Position numbers and translations under genes: made by a program
Part shown: in pieces, positions 46,886 to 57,900 of the stretch
Numbering within the stretch: the stretch's first letter is position 1
How the letters are laid out: every line of letters begins with the position of its first letter
Notes under the pieces: generated by a model
What the model saw: the letters and a program-made list of their open reading frames with translations, nothing else
Database searches by the model: none
What the model was told of the DNA's origin: nothing
Virus record (IMG/VR): IMGVR_UViG_3300032323_001868
Span: 25,762 to 89,761 of that record
DNA: 64,000 bases
Strand: one strand, 5' to 3'
DNA from: a virus

Positions 46886-49800
46886 ATGGCTGACGTAAAT
46901 GCTAATATTGGCGTACATATTGATACGTCTGCAGCACTTGCGGAACTTAAAAGTTTACAGCGTCAACTAGCCAACTTCCATGCATCCATTGCTAAGGGCA
47001 GTGCTGCTAGTGCTTTAGCACAAAAGAATTTACAGACAAATCTTTTAAATGCTATAAATAGTACTGGTCAGTTCACTGCCCAGATGGGTCTTGTTAGAAC
47101 ATCTACTGAATCATTTACGCATGCCCTTGAAAAGAACAAACTCGGTATGCGAGACTACTTCCGCTATGCGGGAGGTGCTACAAAAACATTTGGTAGACTA
47201 TTTAGACAAGAGTTTGACACCATTCAGAAAGTTGCTGAAGAGCGTGTAAAGAAAATGCAGACCCAGTACATCAAGATGGGTCGTGATGCAAACGGTGCAA
47301 TGAAGGCTATGGCGATCACGCCAACCACATTGGACATGAAGAACTTAGGCACACAAACTGCAATCGCAGCACAGAAGCAAGCACTCTTTAATCAGTTGGT
47401 TAGACAGGGCTCTACAAACCTTCTAAACTTTGGTAAGAATACACAGTGGGCGGGTCGTCAGTTGATGGTTGGTTTTACTGTTCCTCTTGCTTACCTTGGA
47501 ACAGTTGCTTCCAAAACCTTTATGGATATGGAAAAGCAAGCAATTAGATTTAGACGTGTTTATGGAGACATGTTTACAACAACTGAAGATACAACACGAG
47601 CACTTAAAGAGATAGAATTATTAGCACAAAGTTTTACTAAGTATGGCGTAGCAGTAGTAGACACAATGGAAATGGCTGCAGATGCAGCAGCAATGGGTAA
47701 GACTGGTGCAGACTTAACAGCACAGGTTGCACAAGCAACAAGGTTGGCTGTTCTTGGTAGCGTAGAGCAACAGCAAGCACTTGAAACAACCATATCATTA
47801 ACCAATGCTTTTGGTATTGCAGCCGAAGATTTAACATCAAAAATTGACTTTTTAAACTCAGTAGAAAACCAAACAGTTGTATCTATTGAAGACTTAACAA
47901 TTGCAATTCCAAAGGCTGGCCCAGTTGTTCAACAACTTGGTGGAGATGTAGAAGATCTTGCATTCTTCCTTACAGCAATGAAGGAAGGTGGAATCAATGC
48001 CTCAGAAGGTGCTAACGCACTCAAGTCTGGTCTTGCCTCTTTAATTAATCCAAGCAAAAAAGCAGCAGCAATGCTTAATGATTTGGGTATTAATATTAAT
48101 GCAATTGTTGAAGGAAACATGGGAAATGTAAGAGAAACTGTTATTGATTTTTCCCATGCACTTGACACACTAGATCCACTTAATCGTGCTCGTGCAATTG
48201 AACAATTGTTTGGTAAATTCCAGTTCTCACGTTTGTCAACCCTGTTTCAAAACGTAACAAAAGATGGAACCCAGGCTGCTAGAGTGCTTGATCTTGCTGG
48301 AGCATCTGTTGAAGAACTTGCAATATTGTCAGAACGAGAATTAAAAGCGGTAGAGGATTCAGTTGGAACTAACTTTAAAGCAGCAGTAGAAGAACTTAAA
48401 CTAACACTTGCTCCAATTGGTAAAGAATTTTTAAAGGCAGTTACACCAATTGTTAAGGTTGTTGGGGATGTTCTTGAAAAGTTCAATGGCCTTAGCGATG
48501 GAACTAAGAAGTTTATAGTTATTGCAACAACAGTTGCAGGGCTTATAGGACCAACCTTATTGATGACATTTGGTTTGCTTGCTAACGGTGCAGCAAACAT
48601 TATTAAACTATTCCTTGCAATGCGTCAAGGATTTATGCGTTTGGGTGGAAACTCCAAACTTCTTGCAGACCAAACAAACTATATGACTATGGAACAGTTG
48701 GAAGCAACAACTGTAGCCTCATCACTTAATCAAGCACACGCCCGACTAACACAATCATTTACGGTGGAAGCATCTGCAGTAAGGGCCTTGCGCCAGGCAT
48801 ATATAGATGCAACAGTTGCAGCAACAGCATTTGCCAGAGCAAATCCTGGAATGATGGCTGCATCACCAAGAGGGCCAAGAGCAACAAAAAATAACCTAAG
48901 TCAAAATCCAAAGAAGTTTGCCGATGGAGCAACATATGTTCCAGGAACTGGTAACAAGGATACGGTTCCAGCAGTCCTTACTCCTGGTGAAGCAGTAATT
49001 CCAAAGAGGGTAGCGCAAGATCCAAGATTCCAACCAATCATTGATGCAATGGTTAATGGAAAATTGCAAGGGTTTATTGATGGAACAGATGATGTTCAAC
49101 CAGTAAAAAGTCCATTTGCTAACTCTAAACCGTATGAGAAAAAAGTTTATGTAGGTGGACCATCTCAAGATCAACTTAGATCAAGTATGGGCCAGGTAAC
49201 TGATCTTGTTAATAAAAAACCAAGAAAAGAAACTGATGCAGAGTTTGCAGCAAGAAGTGCAGCGCTACTTGCAAGAATGCAAGAAAAGAAAAAGTCAAAG
49301 AGAGGCTCTGGACCAACTCAAAAAACACACGTTGGTCAAGGAAAAGAAGTTTCAATTGCTGAAATATTAAAATCAGATAATCTTAGCCCAGACAATAGAT
49401 TGAAGTTGCAGGTATTTGATGAAATATTAAGAGTTAATGGTGAGTCAAGAACTACTCTTCAATACCATGATCTTATGTATGACTTTAACAAAGACTTTAA
49501 TCGTTCAATGCAAAGAGAGCCTGGAGTTGATGCAATTCAATTTTTGGATGAATGGAAAAAACTTGGCCCATCGAAATGGGCTGCATCTGGTATATCACAA
49601 TATGATGCAAGAACAATTGATGACATTATGTATGAAATCATCAAGAAAGAAACTACGGTTGATCCAGATAATCCAACAAAAAAGCCTGTAAGAACTACAG
49701 TATCTGATTCATATGTTGCAGAGATTTTTGAAAAAAGAATACCACAAGAATATCCACAAGTTGCAGAGTCTACAACATATAAAAAGATGAATGCTCTATA

Positions 49801-52800
49801 CAATAATTTAGGAGCATTTAGATTAGGTAAGGGACTTAAAGGAACAGTAGCAGAAACTGAATCAGTATTAAAGAAAGCACTTGATGCAGGTGTAATTAAA
49901 AACTTTAGAGTTAGCCCAACAAAGAAGAATGAAGTTGATAGACAAGGAAGGCTAATCACTGGATCAATTTATGTTACAGATAACGATGGAAATATTATTT
50001 CTCTTAACAGAGGTGGTGCTGGAACCCGTGTAACAACACCTATTGAACCTATTAATGCAAAATTACAAGAAATTGAAAAAGAAGCAAATAGAAGGGGTGC
50101 AAAGAGTTTTGTTGATCGTGAAAATGCACTAGAAGAAGTTGCTGCAAAAACAAAAAAGAGTCCTGTTGGAAATCAAGAACCAGAAAAATATGTTAGACAA
50201 TTAGGAAAGAGTAGCGGGTATAGTTTTACACCAGAACCAGGTATCGCTGGATTCTACGAAAAATCAGACGGAAGTAAAGTATTTGTTAAACCTGTAATGG
50301 ATTATGATGCTGCAATTGCAGAACAAAGAGGAACAATAATTGCAAGAGATGTACACGGGCTAGACTCTCCTCTTCAAACAATTAAAACAATGATCGATCC
50401 ATCAGATGCAAAGGGTCAAAGAAAACTAATCGTTCTTGAATCTCCGTATGAACCTAGGTTTGATCCTGCAAATATGCTAAATGAATTTACTGAGGATGAC
50501 TACTTCAAGCAACTTGTTGCTGCAACTTTACGTGCTGATAGTGATGTAAAGAAAGGCAACTTATCTGGAAATATATTAGCGGATGTTGGTGCTGCTGGAG
50601 TCTTTGAGACCGCTTCAGGAGATAGGGGTTATTCTGCAAATATTAGATCAATGCAAGAACAGGCTCAAATTTTACTTGGTGATAAGGGAACAAAGTTCTT
50701 CCGTGAAGCAACTGCAGATATTCCAAAGAATATGACACCAGAAGAATATCAAAGACGAGTTGTTGCAGAAATTGACAGAGTGCTGCCTAGATTACAGTCA
50801 ACTGTTGATGGTTTTGATTTAAATCCTCAAGAAAGAAAAGTCTATGAGGCAATGATTGCAAGACTCAAGGCTGGAAGAAATATTGACTGGAAGCAATTCC
50901 ATGCATTGCATTCTAAAGTACTTGTTGCTAAAGATGAATCGTTCCAAGATAAAAAGACTGGAGCAATTACAGATATTGAGGGTAAGCCAAAACCTACAGG
51001 AGTTGTTCCATCAAGTGGTAAGTTAAAAGACAACAAACTTACAAGCATCCCTAAAGGTAAGAGAGTGGTCAAAACTCCAAAGCCAAGAAGAGCAGGAAAG
51101 GTTGTTCTTCCTGGTTTAGCAGATGCACCAGAAGCATCAACAGCGCCAGGAATTAGAATTGGTGATGCAGCAAAACAATTTAGAGCAGAGCAAAATTCTT
51201 TAAGAAGACAAATAGAAAAACTAGAAAAGATAAAAGTCGTTGAACAAAAAAGAGAAATAAAACAAATGCGTAAACAGTCTGAAATAAGAGATAATATTTC
51301 AAAGACTGATCAAGCAAATATTAAACAAAAGATCAAAGACCAACAAGACCTTAATAATAAAAAAACCTTAGATGATAAGATGCAAAAACAGCAAAGCCGA
51401 ATGATGAAAATGCAAGGCGTTGGCATGGCTGCTGGTATGGCAGCATCTGGTGCATATATGACTGGTAATACCAATATAGGAAATGCACTTATGGGTCTTT
51501 CAGTTCTTGCAACAATTGGACCAATGTTGGCAAATCCAGTAATGGCTGCTGTTGTAGGCCTAACAGCAGTTGCTGGCTCTATAATACTTCTTAGAAGATC
51601 TTTTGATAAAGCACAAGACAGTACTATGAAGATGACAGAATCTTTGGGTGCTGGAAGTAAGTCTATTCAAGATCTTGCGGTATTTGCTGGTAAGGTTAGT
51701 GCCACAGAAATAATGGATAAAAGAAGGCAGGGTCAATTAAACCCATTTGCAATTCAAACTGGAAAAACTACATTTGGAGAAAGTTTTGTAAAGTCTGAAA
51801 CTGGTAAGGCTATGCTTGCTAATGTTGGCCAATCAATTAAGCAGGGTGGAAATGTTAATACACAGCAACAAGTTTTAAATCAAATGGTAACTGCAGTTAC
51901 TTCAGGTGCTCTGGGTGCAGATCAAGCAAGAAGTATAATTGCAAGTATTGGATCTGAAATTGGAGATTATGGTTTTGCACTAAGAGTTAATGCTCAACTA
52001 TCTAGTATTGTTGGTCCTAATGGAGAAAATTTAGAAAAAGATCCATTAAAGGTAAGAATGGACTTAATGGATGCTAGTAGAAAAGATTTACAAAAGCAGT
52101 CTAAAATTTTGGGAAATGTTGCTCCAGGAGCACTTACAAAGACACAGGGCAACTTTGCAATTGCAGGATCAGCAGGTGCTGGCGCACTTACGGGTGCAAC
52201 AATAGGTGCAATTGCAGGGCCAGTAGGTGCTGCTATAGGTGCTGGTATTGGTGGAATTATTGGAGCAGGTGCAGGATTTTTGGGTCAAAAGGGACAACAA
52301 GAAAAACTTGGTAAGGCGTCTGGCGCAACAGTTGCTATGCAAAAGATGGCTATAGAGCAAAGTCAGCAGATGCAAGATTCTTTAAGACTAGAATATGAAC
52401 AAAGAATTGCTAATGCAAAAGCAGCAGGTGATACTGCAAAAGCCATTAGACTTCAAGGTGAGTTTGAACGTGCTAATGCAAGATTAATTCATAGAAATGG
52501 TTTGCTATTAGATAATATTGCAAACACATATAAAGGCTCTTCAGGTGCTGTCAGAGGTGCTCTTGAAACTGGAGTCGAGAAGCAAATTACGGATAAGTAT
52601 AAAGGTACTGCAATGGCAGACATTGCACCACTAGCATCTCAACTTCTCGGAGATAGCAAACTATCAAAAGAACAGCAGTTTACAATAAAAATGCAACTCG
52701 CTTCTGGACAGATGGATCCAATGCAAATTGTAAATATTATGGAAAGTTTTGGAAATGATAAACAAGTTTTAACTAAGGTTATGAATATTGTAACTCAGTT

Positions 52801-54484
52801 TGGTGGAACAATGGCTAACCAGGCTATAGCAATAGCAGGTACTTTTGTTGATTCACAAGGAAAACCAGTAAAATCTGTACAAACAAAGTTTATTATGCAA
52901 TTAGAAAAGGCAAAAACTCCAGAAGAAGCACAAAAGATTTTAGATTTTTATGGCAAGGTTTCAGCAACTGGAAATGTTTTAAATACTTCTGTTATTGTAA
53001 ACCTATTGTTAAATAATCCAGGATTAGCAGCCACCTTAATGGCAACAATTGACAAGATTACTGCACTTAAGGGACCAATCACAGTGGGAGTACTTACCGA
53101 AGTATTAAATAAAAAAGAGTTAGATGTTTTAACTGAAGATTTAGAATATTTTAATGGATTAAGTGATGAAGAAAAGAAAGTATACTTACAAACTTTAGTA
53201 ACAACAATATCTACAGTATCGAAGGATGATCCAGCATTTAAGACATGGCTTACTGCAGAGGGCGAGAAGTGGGCAGATGCACCTCCAGGAACACAACTAC
53301 GAGAATATGCACAGTGGAATGCAAATAGAGTTACAGAAGCCTCAGTTCCTAACATAATGCCACCATCAAAGTCTGGCGGTGGATCAGGAGCAGGAGGTAA
53401 GCGGGATACCACATATGATGATATTCTAAACACATTAAAGCGTACACGAGATGCAACAATCAAAGCAACTGGTGGAGCAAAAGAATTATTACGTATACTT
53501 GGTGGTAAAAAAGATATAACCATATTTAATGGTATAGATCAGCAGTTGTCTAAACTTGGTGCCAACAAAGACTTTATTGATTGGGTTGGCGGTATAGATG
53601 ATGCAATTAGAAATAAACTTATTAAGATAACCAAGCAAGGCGTAGTGTCACTTACAGAACTTGGTGAAGCATCAAAGAAGGCATTTGATGAAAAGCAACT
53701 TGGGCTTTATGCTGCAGGACTTGATGATTCAATCAATACCTCAAAAGATCAAAGAAAGGCCTTTGTCAAGTTAAGCAATGCTGGACTAGATGTTAATAGT
53801 ATTCTTGACATAGTTCAAGAAGGAAGTTTGGCAAATGCTATTGCTACCTCTAAAAACTCTAAAGAACTTGTAAAATTTGTAGAACTTAAAAAACAAGAAA
53901 AGAAGCAGTTAGAACTAACATCTGCAATGACAGAGCCAAAGAAGTTCTTGGAAGAAATTAATAATGAACTTGATAGACAGTTTAATTATCAAAAGAGATT
54001 GATGGATCTTCAGAAGAGACAAACCGAAGCCAAGATTTCTGGAGATTATATTGGTGCAGCAATATTGGGACAAGAGCAATCCTTTGAAACATCACAGTTT
54101 GCAAGAGAAGGAGCAGGCACAGATTTCTCAGGTAAAGTTAATACAATGCAACAGGCATTAAAAATTCTTAGTGGATCTAAGATTAAGGATAAATCACAGC
54201 AAGCATTAATGCAATCAAGTCTAAACCAAGGAATGCTAGGATTAAGTCAGTTAGGTTCATTTAATCCAACATATGGATATACACCGCAGTTTGCAGGTAT
54301 TAGTCCAGCAAGTGCTTTTGGTGGAAGGCCAACAAGTACAACAGACTCCTCTGGTTCAGTGTATAATATTCAGATGACTGTAAACGGAAACAATGCAACA
54401 GCAGATGATATTGCAAGCCAGGTAATGAAGAAGATCAGCCTTGTTTCACAAAGAAATAACAAGAGTAATTCGGTAGGTAGATAA
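46886..54484 (+). CDS. tape measure protein with internal cargo domain(s)
   Basis: 2532 aa; helical TP901-like core (GI.ASE.ANALK), hydrophobic Gly/Ala stretches, VPGTGNKDTVPA.LTPGE.V motif. Confidence 0.93.
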   Translation: MADVNANIGVHIDTSAALAELKSLQRQLANFHASIAKGSAASALAQKNLQTNLLNAINSTGQFTAQMGLVRTSTESFTHALEKNKLGMRDYFRYAGGATKTFGRLFRQEFDTIQKVAEERVKKMQTQYIKMGRDANGAMKAMAITPTTLDMKNLGTQTAIAAQKQALFNQLVRQGSTNLLNFGKNTQWAGRQLMVGFTVPLAYLGTVASKTFMDMEKQAIRFRRVYGDMFTTTEDTTRALKEIELLAQSFTKYGVAVVDTMEMAADAAAMGKTGADLTAQVAQATRLAVLGSVEQQQALETTISLTNAFGIAAEDLTSKIDFLNSVENQTVVSIEDLTIAIPKAGPVVQQLGGDVEDLAFFLTAMKEGGINASEGANALKSGLASLINPSKKAAAMLNDLGININAIVEGNMGNVRETVIDFSHALDTLDPLNRARAIEQLFGKFQFSRLSTLFQNVTKDGTQAARVLDLAGASVEELAILSERELKAVEDSVGTNFKAAVEELKLTLAPIGKEFLKAVTPIVKVVGDVLEKFNGLSDGTKKFIVIATTVAGLIGPTLLMTFGLLANGAANIIKLFLAMRQGFMRLGGNSKLLADQTNYMTMEQLEATTVASSLNQAHARLTQSFTVEASAVRALRQAYIDATVAATAFARANPGMMAASPRGPRATKNNLSQNPKKFADGATYVPGTGNKDTVPAVLTPGEAVIPKRVAQDPRFQPIIDAMVNGKLQGFIDGTDDVQPVKSPFANSKPYEKKVYVGGPSQDQLRSSMGQVTDLVNKKPRKETDAEFAARSAALLARMQEKKKSKRGSGPTQKTHVGQGKEVSIAEILKSDNLSPDNRLKLQVFDEILRVNGESRTTLQYHDLMYDFNKDFNRSMQREPGVDAIQFLDEWKKLGPSKWAASGISQYDARTIDDIMYEIIKKETTVDPDNPTKKPVRTTVSDSYVAEIFEKRIPQEYPQVAESTTYKKMNALYNNLGAFRLGKGLKGTVAETESVLKKALDAGVIKNFRVSPTKKNEVDRQGRLITGSIYVTDNDGNIISLNRGGAGTRVTTPIEPINAKLQEIEKEANRRGAKSFVDRENALEEVAAKTKKSPVGNQEPEKYVRQLGKSSGYSFTPEPGIAGFYEKSDGSKVFVKPVMDYDAAIAEQRGTIIARDVHGLDSPLQTIKTMIDPSDAKGQRKLIVLESPYEPRFDPANMLNEFTEDDYFKQLVAATLRADSDVKKGNLSGNILADVGAAGVFETASGDRGYSANIRSMQEQAQILLGDKGTKFFREATADIPKNMTPEEYQRRVVAEIDRVLPRLQSTVDGFDLNPQERKVYEAMIARLKAGRNIDWKQFHALHSKVLVAKDESFQDKKTGAITDIEGKPKPTGVVPSSGKLKDNKLTSIPKGKRVVKTPKPRRAGKVVLPGLADAPEASTAPGIRIGDAAKQFRAEQNSLRRQIEKLEKIKVVEQKREIKQMRKQSEIRDNISKTDQANIKQKIKDQQDLNNKKTLDDKMQKQQSRMMKMQGVGMAAGMAASGAYMTGNTNIGNALMGLSVLATIGPMLANPVMAAVVGLTAVAGSIILLRRSFDKAQDSTMKMTESLGAGSKSIQDLAVFAGKVSATEIMDKRRQGQLNPFAIQTGKTTFGESFVKSETGKAMLANVGQSIKQGGNVNTQQQVLNQMVTAVTSGALGADQARSIIASIGSEIGDYGFALRVNAQLSSIVGPNGENLEKDPLKVRMDLMDASRKDLQKQSKILGNVAPGALTKTQGNFAIAGSAGAGALTGATIGAIAGPVGAAIGAGIGGIIGAGAGFLGQKGQQEKLGKASGATVAMQKMAIEQSQQMQDSLRLEYEQRIANAKAAGDTAKAIRLQGEFERANARLIHRNGLLLDNIANTYKGSSGAVRGALETGVEKQITDKYKGTAMADIAPLASQLLGDSKLSKEQQFTIKMQLASGQMDPMQIVNIMESFGNDKQVLTKVMNIVTQFGGTMANQAIAIAGTFVDSQGKPVKSVQTKFIMQLEKAKTPEEAQKILDFYGKVSATGNVLNTSVIVNLLLNNPGLAATLMATIDKITALKGPITVGVLTEVLNKKELDVLTEDLEYFNGLSDEEKKVYLQTLVTTISTVSKDDPAFKTWLTAEGEKWADAPPGTQLREYAQWNANRVTEASVPNIMPPSKSGGGSGAGGKRDTTYDDILNTLKRTRDATIKATGGAKELLRILGGKKDITIFNGIDQQLSKLGANKDFIDWVGGIDDAIRNKLIKITKQGVVSLTELGEASKKAFDEKQLGLYAAGLDDSINTSKDQRKAFVKLSNAGLDVNSILDIVQEGSLANAIATSKNSKELVKFVELKKQEKKQLELTSAMTEPKKFLEEINNELDRQFNYQKRLMDLQKRQTEAKISGDYIGAAILGQEQSFETSQFAREGAGTDFSGKVNTMQQALKILSGSKIKDKSQQALMQSSLNQGMLGLSQLGSFNPTYGYTPQFAGISPASAFGGRPTSTTDSSGSVYNIQMTVNGNNATADDIASQVMKKISLVSQRNNKSNSVGR

Positions 54485-54960
54485 TGGCATATGCTTTAAA
54501 GTCTGGTATTTCGGTATCCCTTAATGGCTCTACTTGGTATGATTTAACAGATCACAATAGAGCCCCGATTGAGTCTACCCCAGAATTAATAGAGACCCAA
54601 AACCGCATGTCTAATGGAAGTTTAAGAAAATATGTTGTTGCTCAAAAAAATAAGATTTCAACCTCTTGGGAATTCTTGCCAACCAACCCATCTGAAATGG
54701 TTGATAATAACTACGGTGCTTCTTGGATAGAAGCATTTTATAAAGCAAATGTGGGCATTCCAATTCACATTAAAATAATTGAATCAGAGATTGATGCATC
54801 AACCACTGCTGGAACAATTCCATCTAATAATAGTTTTAAAACATCTTCTACAGGCTCTAACACATATCAGGTATTTATAACAAATTTTTCTAAAACACTA
54901 AGGAAAAGAACAAGAATATCTGATTACGTAGATATTGATATTGAGTTTACGGAGATATAA
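54484..54960 (+). CDS. distal tail (Dit-like) protein
   Basis: Directly after TMP; RM.NG.LR....K......W..LP. Confidence 0.7.
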   Translation: MAYALKSGISVSLNGSTWYDLTDHNRAPIESTPELIETQNRMSNGSLRKYVVAQKNKISTSWEFLPTNPSEMVDNNYGASWIEAFYKANVGIPIHIKIIESEIDASTTAGTIPSNNSFKTSSTGSNTYQVFITNFSKTLRKRTRISDYVDIDIEFTEI

Positions 54961-57900
54961 TGTTAAACACAGTGGGTTCATCAGTCTTTACCTCTTCAGA
55001 TTCTGTTACTTTAAAACCAGTAGTTTCTGCTGAATGGAATCAAAATCTTTTTAATCCACCGTACATTACTGTTGCAGATTTAGGAACGCCAAGACCTGTG
55101 TCCCTAACATCTGGCACTGTGTTATCTGCAGGTATTTCGGCAAAGCCAAACTTTACAACCAATCAGTTTAGCATGTCAAATGAAAAAGGATCTGTAACAT
55201 ATACCGTATCTGCAGATAATGGCAGAGCATATAAAATTATTACATATGTTAAGACAGATACATCACTTCCTATTGCTATTACCGCATTTGCAACTGATGG
55301 ATCAACTGCATACGGGTCTTCACAGGAAGAGGTAAGTTCTTTAGGTTGGACCAAAATAATTACCTATATTGGAGTTCCACAAAATGAAATAAGTGGTATT
55401 TCTTCTTTTACCTATACAATTAATGCAAATGCTTTGGCTGATATGCAAGTTAATCCAATAGTATTTTTTACAGTACCACAAGTTTATAAAACATCATATA
55501 GTGATTATAAGTATGGACAACTTTGGCCAACGGATAGTGTTTTTACTCATTTTAGACCAGGGGAGTCGTATGTAGGATCTGGAAATACCAACTGCTCTTT
55601 TCCAACAAACTATAGAAAAATTACTGCACCTACAATTAAGAACTACACAATTCCAACATATTCATCAATAAATTCTATCGTACAGATGCCATCATTCTTT
55701 TTTGTTTCTCCTACAGTGCCAACACTGAAGGCTTCTCTTCCTACAGACATATCTTCATACAAATACTTTGTTTCAGAAACTTCAGGAAGGGTTGTAACTG
55801 GCATATATGAAAAGCCTATCTTAACCAATAAACTTGTTCTTAAGTTTAATACATTGGTAACAGTACCAACCATAACCATAAATATTAATGATAATTTAAT
55901 TACTGTTGATGGTAGCCATGTAATTAACCTTCCCTTAAATACGGAGGGTATTGCCACAGGACTATTAACACTATACTGGACAGGATCTGCATGGACAGCC
56001 ACCAAGTGGTCAGAAATGCCACAGTTTAATACAGACGGAACTATTAGTAAAACAACAACAATAACAAAGATCAGTGTTACACAGATTAATAAAACATTGA
56101 GATCTCCATTTAATGGTTTTACTAGTACAGAGGCAGTGTCCGATTTTGACAGAATGCAACTTATCGAGGTTTCACCAAGGCTTGAGGTTGACTTATCCAA
56201 CTTTGTAGAATCTGTAAATATTCAAAAATCTGTTGATGGACAGAATAGCCTTCTTCCAATCTCTTCTATTAACTCTAACACATGTAATGTCACTTTGTCT
56301 GGAATACCGCTTTTTTATAACAATCAGTTGGTAAATATTTTTTCAAGTCAAAGTGATGAAACATCTACCTTGTTATCAAGCATATTAAGAAAAAATATTA
56401 AATTTTATGTTCATTTTAATTTACTATCTTATAGCGATATATCTTCAAATGTAATACAAACCTCTAACGCACACATCCCTGGTGGAGTATTCTATTCAGA
56501 CTCTTGGGATGAGTCAGATATAAATAGCATTTCAATTCAGTGCTTTGATGTGACAAGATATTTGCAGGCAACCCCATCACCAGATTATGTAGCAAATTTG
56601 AAGACAGTGTTTGAGATTATAACTAATATTCTAGATTGTGCTGGATTTACAGATTATGATTATGATGCACTATATAAGGTATGTAACAGCAAGGCGATGC
56701 CTATGGATGTTTCATATTTTTATTGTAACTCTAAAGACTCAACAATTGTAGATACCCTTAATCAGTTATTTACTGCCTATCAAATTGGTGCATATATTGA
56801 TGAATACGGTGTAATGCAGTTTTTAGACTTATATCAAATTCTTGCATCCAGTCCTTCTTTAATGAATGTATCAGATTTTAATGTTAAGCAAGGTGGATTT
56901 TCTATATCTAATAATGCAAAGCCAGGAAAGATATCTTTGCGATATCAGTCTCCAAAGGTTAAGCAGTCTCCATCTTTACAAAATGTAACAGATCCATCTA
57001 TAAAAAATTCTCCTTCTTTTATTTATAGTACATCAAACGATGTTGTTTGGCAGCAGCAAACAATTGACTCTGTAGGATTTAATTATCTTGAAGGGGATAT
57101 GTTAAAAAATGATAACTACATGCAGTTAAATGTAAATGACTTGCTAGACATCTTCCATACATTCAATAGGGATGCTAATGGGTATGCATTTATTGATAAC
57201 GAAATTGTTTCGTTTCTATATAAAGAGTATGATATTTCTAAAATAGATGGCACACCAACTACAGTTTCAATTAAAAATAATTTAGAGTTACAGTCTGAAA
57301 TCAATAGATTTACTAAAGAAAATAATGTTGAACTATTGACAACAGACGGAACAGAAAAGAAAGACTATGATGTTGTAATCAGTCCTACTGGAAATATTAC
57401 CAATGTCCAGCGTGGTTTGTTTGGAACAGTTCCAACAGATCATAAGAGAATAACTACCCTTGCCAGCAAGTCTTTATCTGAAAAAATTCTTAATGACGCT
57501 ACTGGAGAAATTTCATCTTCCCCTGGACTTACATCTATTGTTGATGATCATGACATTGAGCCAAGCCTTCCCAGCATTGACAAGATTCAGGTTATGTCTC
57601 CTGTAATTGGAAGAAAGACTTTAATATATCCAACCAGTGAAGTGTCTAGGGGATATCAAACATATTCAGTTAAATTTGAGTTTGAGGACCAACAAACCTG
57701 TTCTGCGGGATTATTTTTTAATATGACTTCTGCTTCTAATTCAGAAAATGCTTATTATGTTGAATTAGTTAGGTTCAATCAAAAAAATCCAAGAACGTCA
57801 GTTTTATATGACCCACCTCAATATAAGTATGTTTTGTATGTTTATAATACAACAAGTTCAGAAGGATATTGGTCTGAGGTTACTGGAGAGTGCAATAGTA

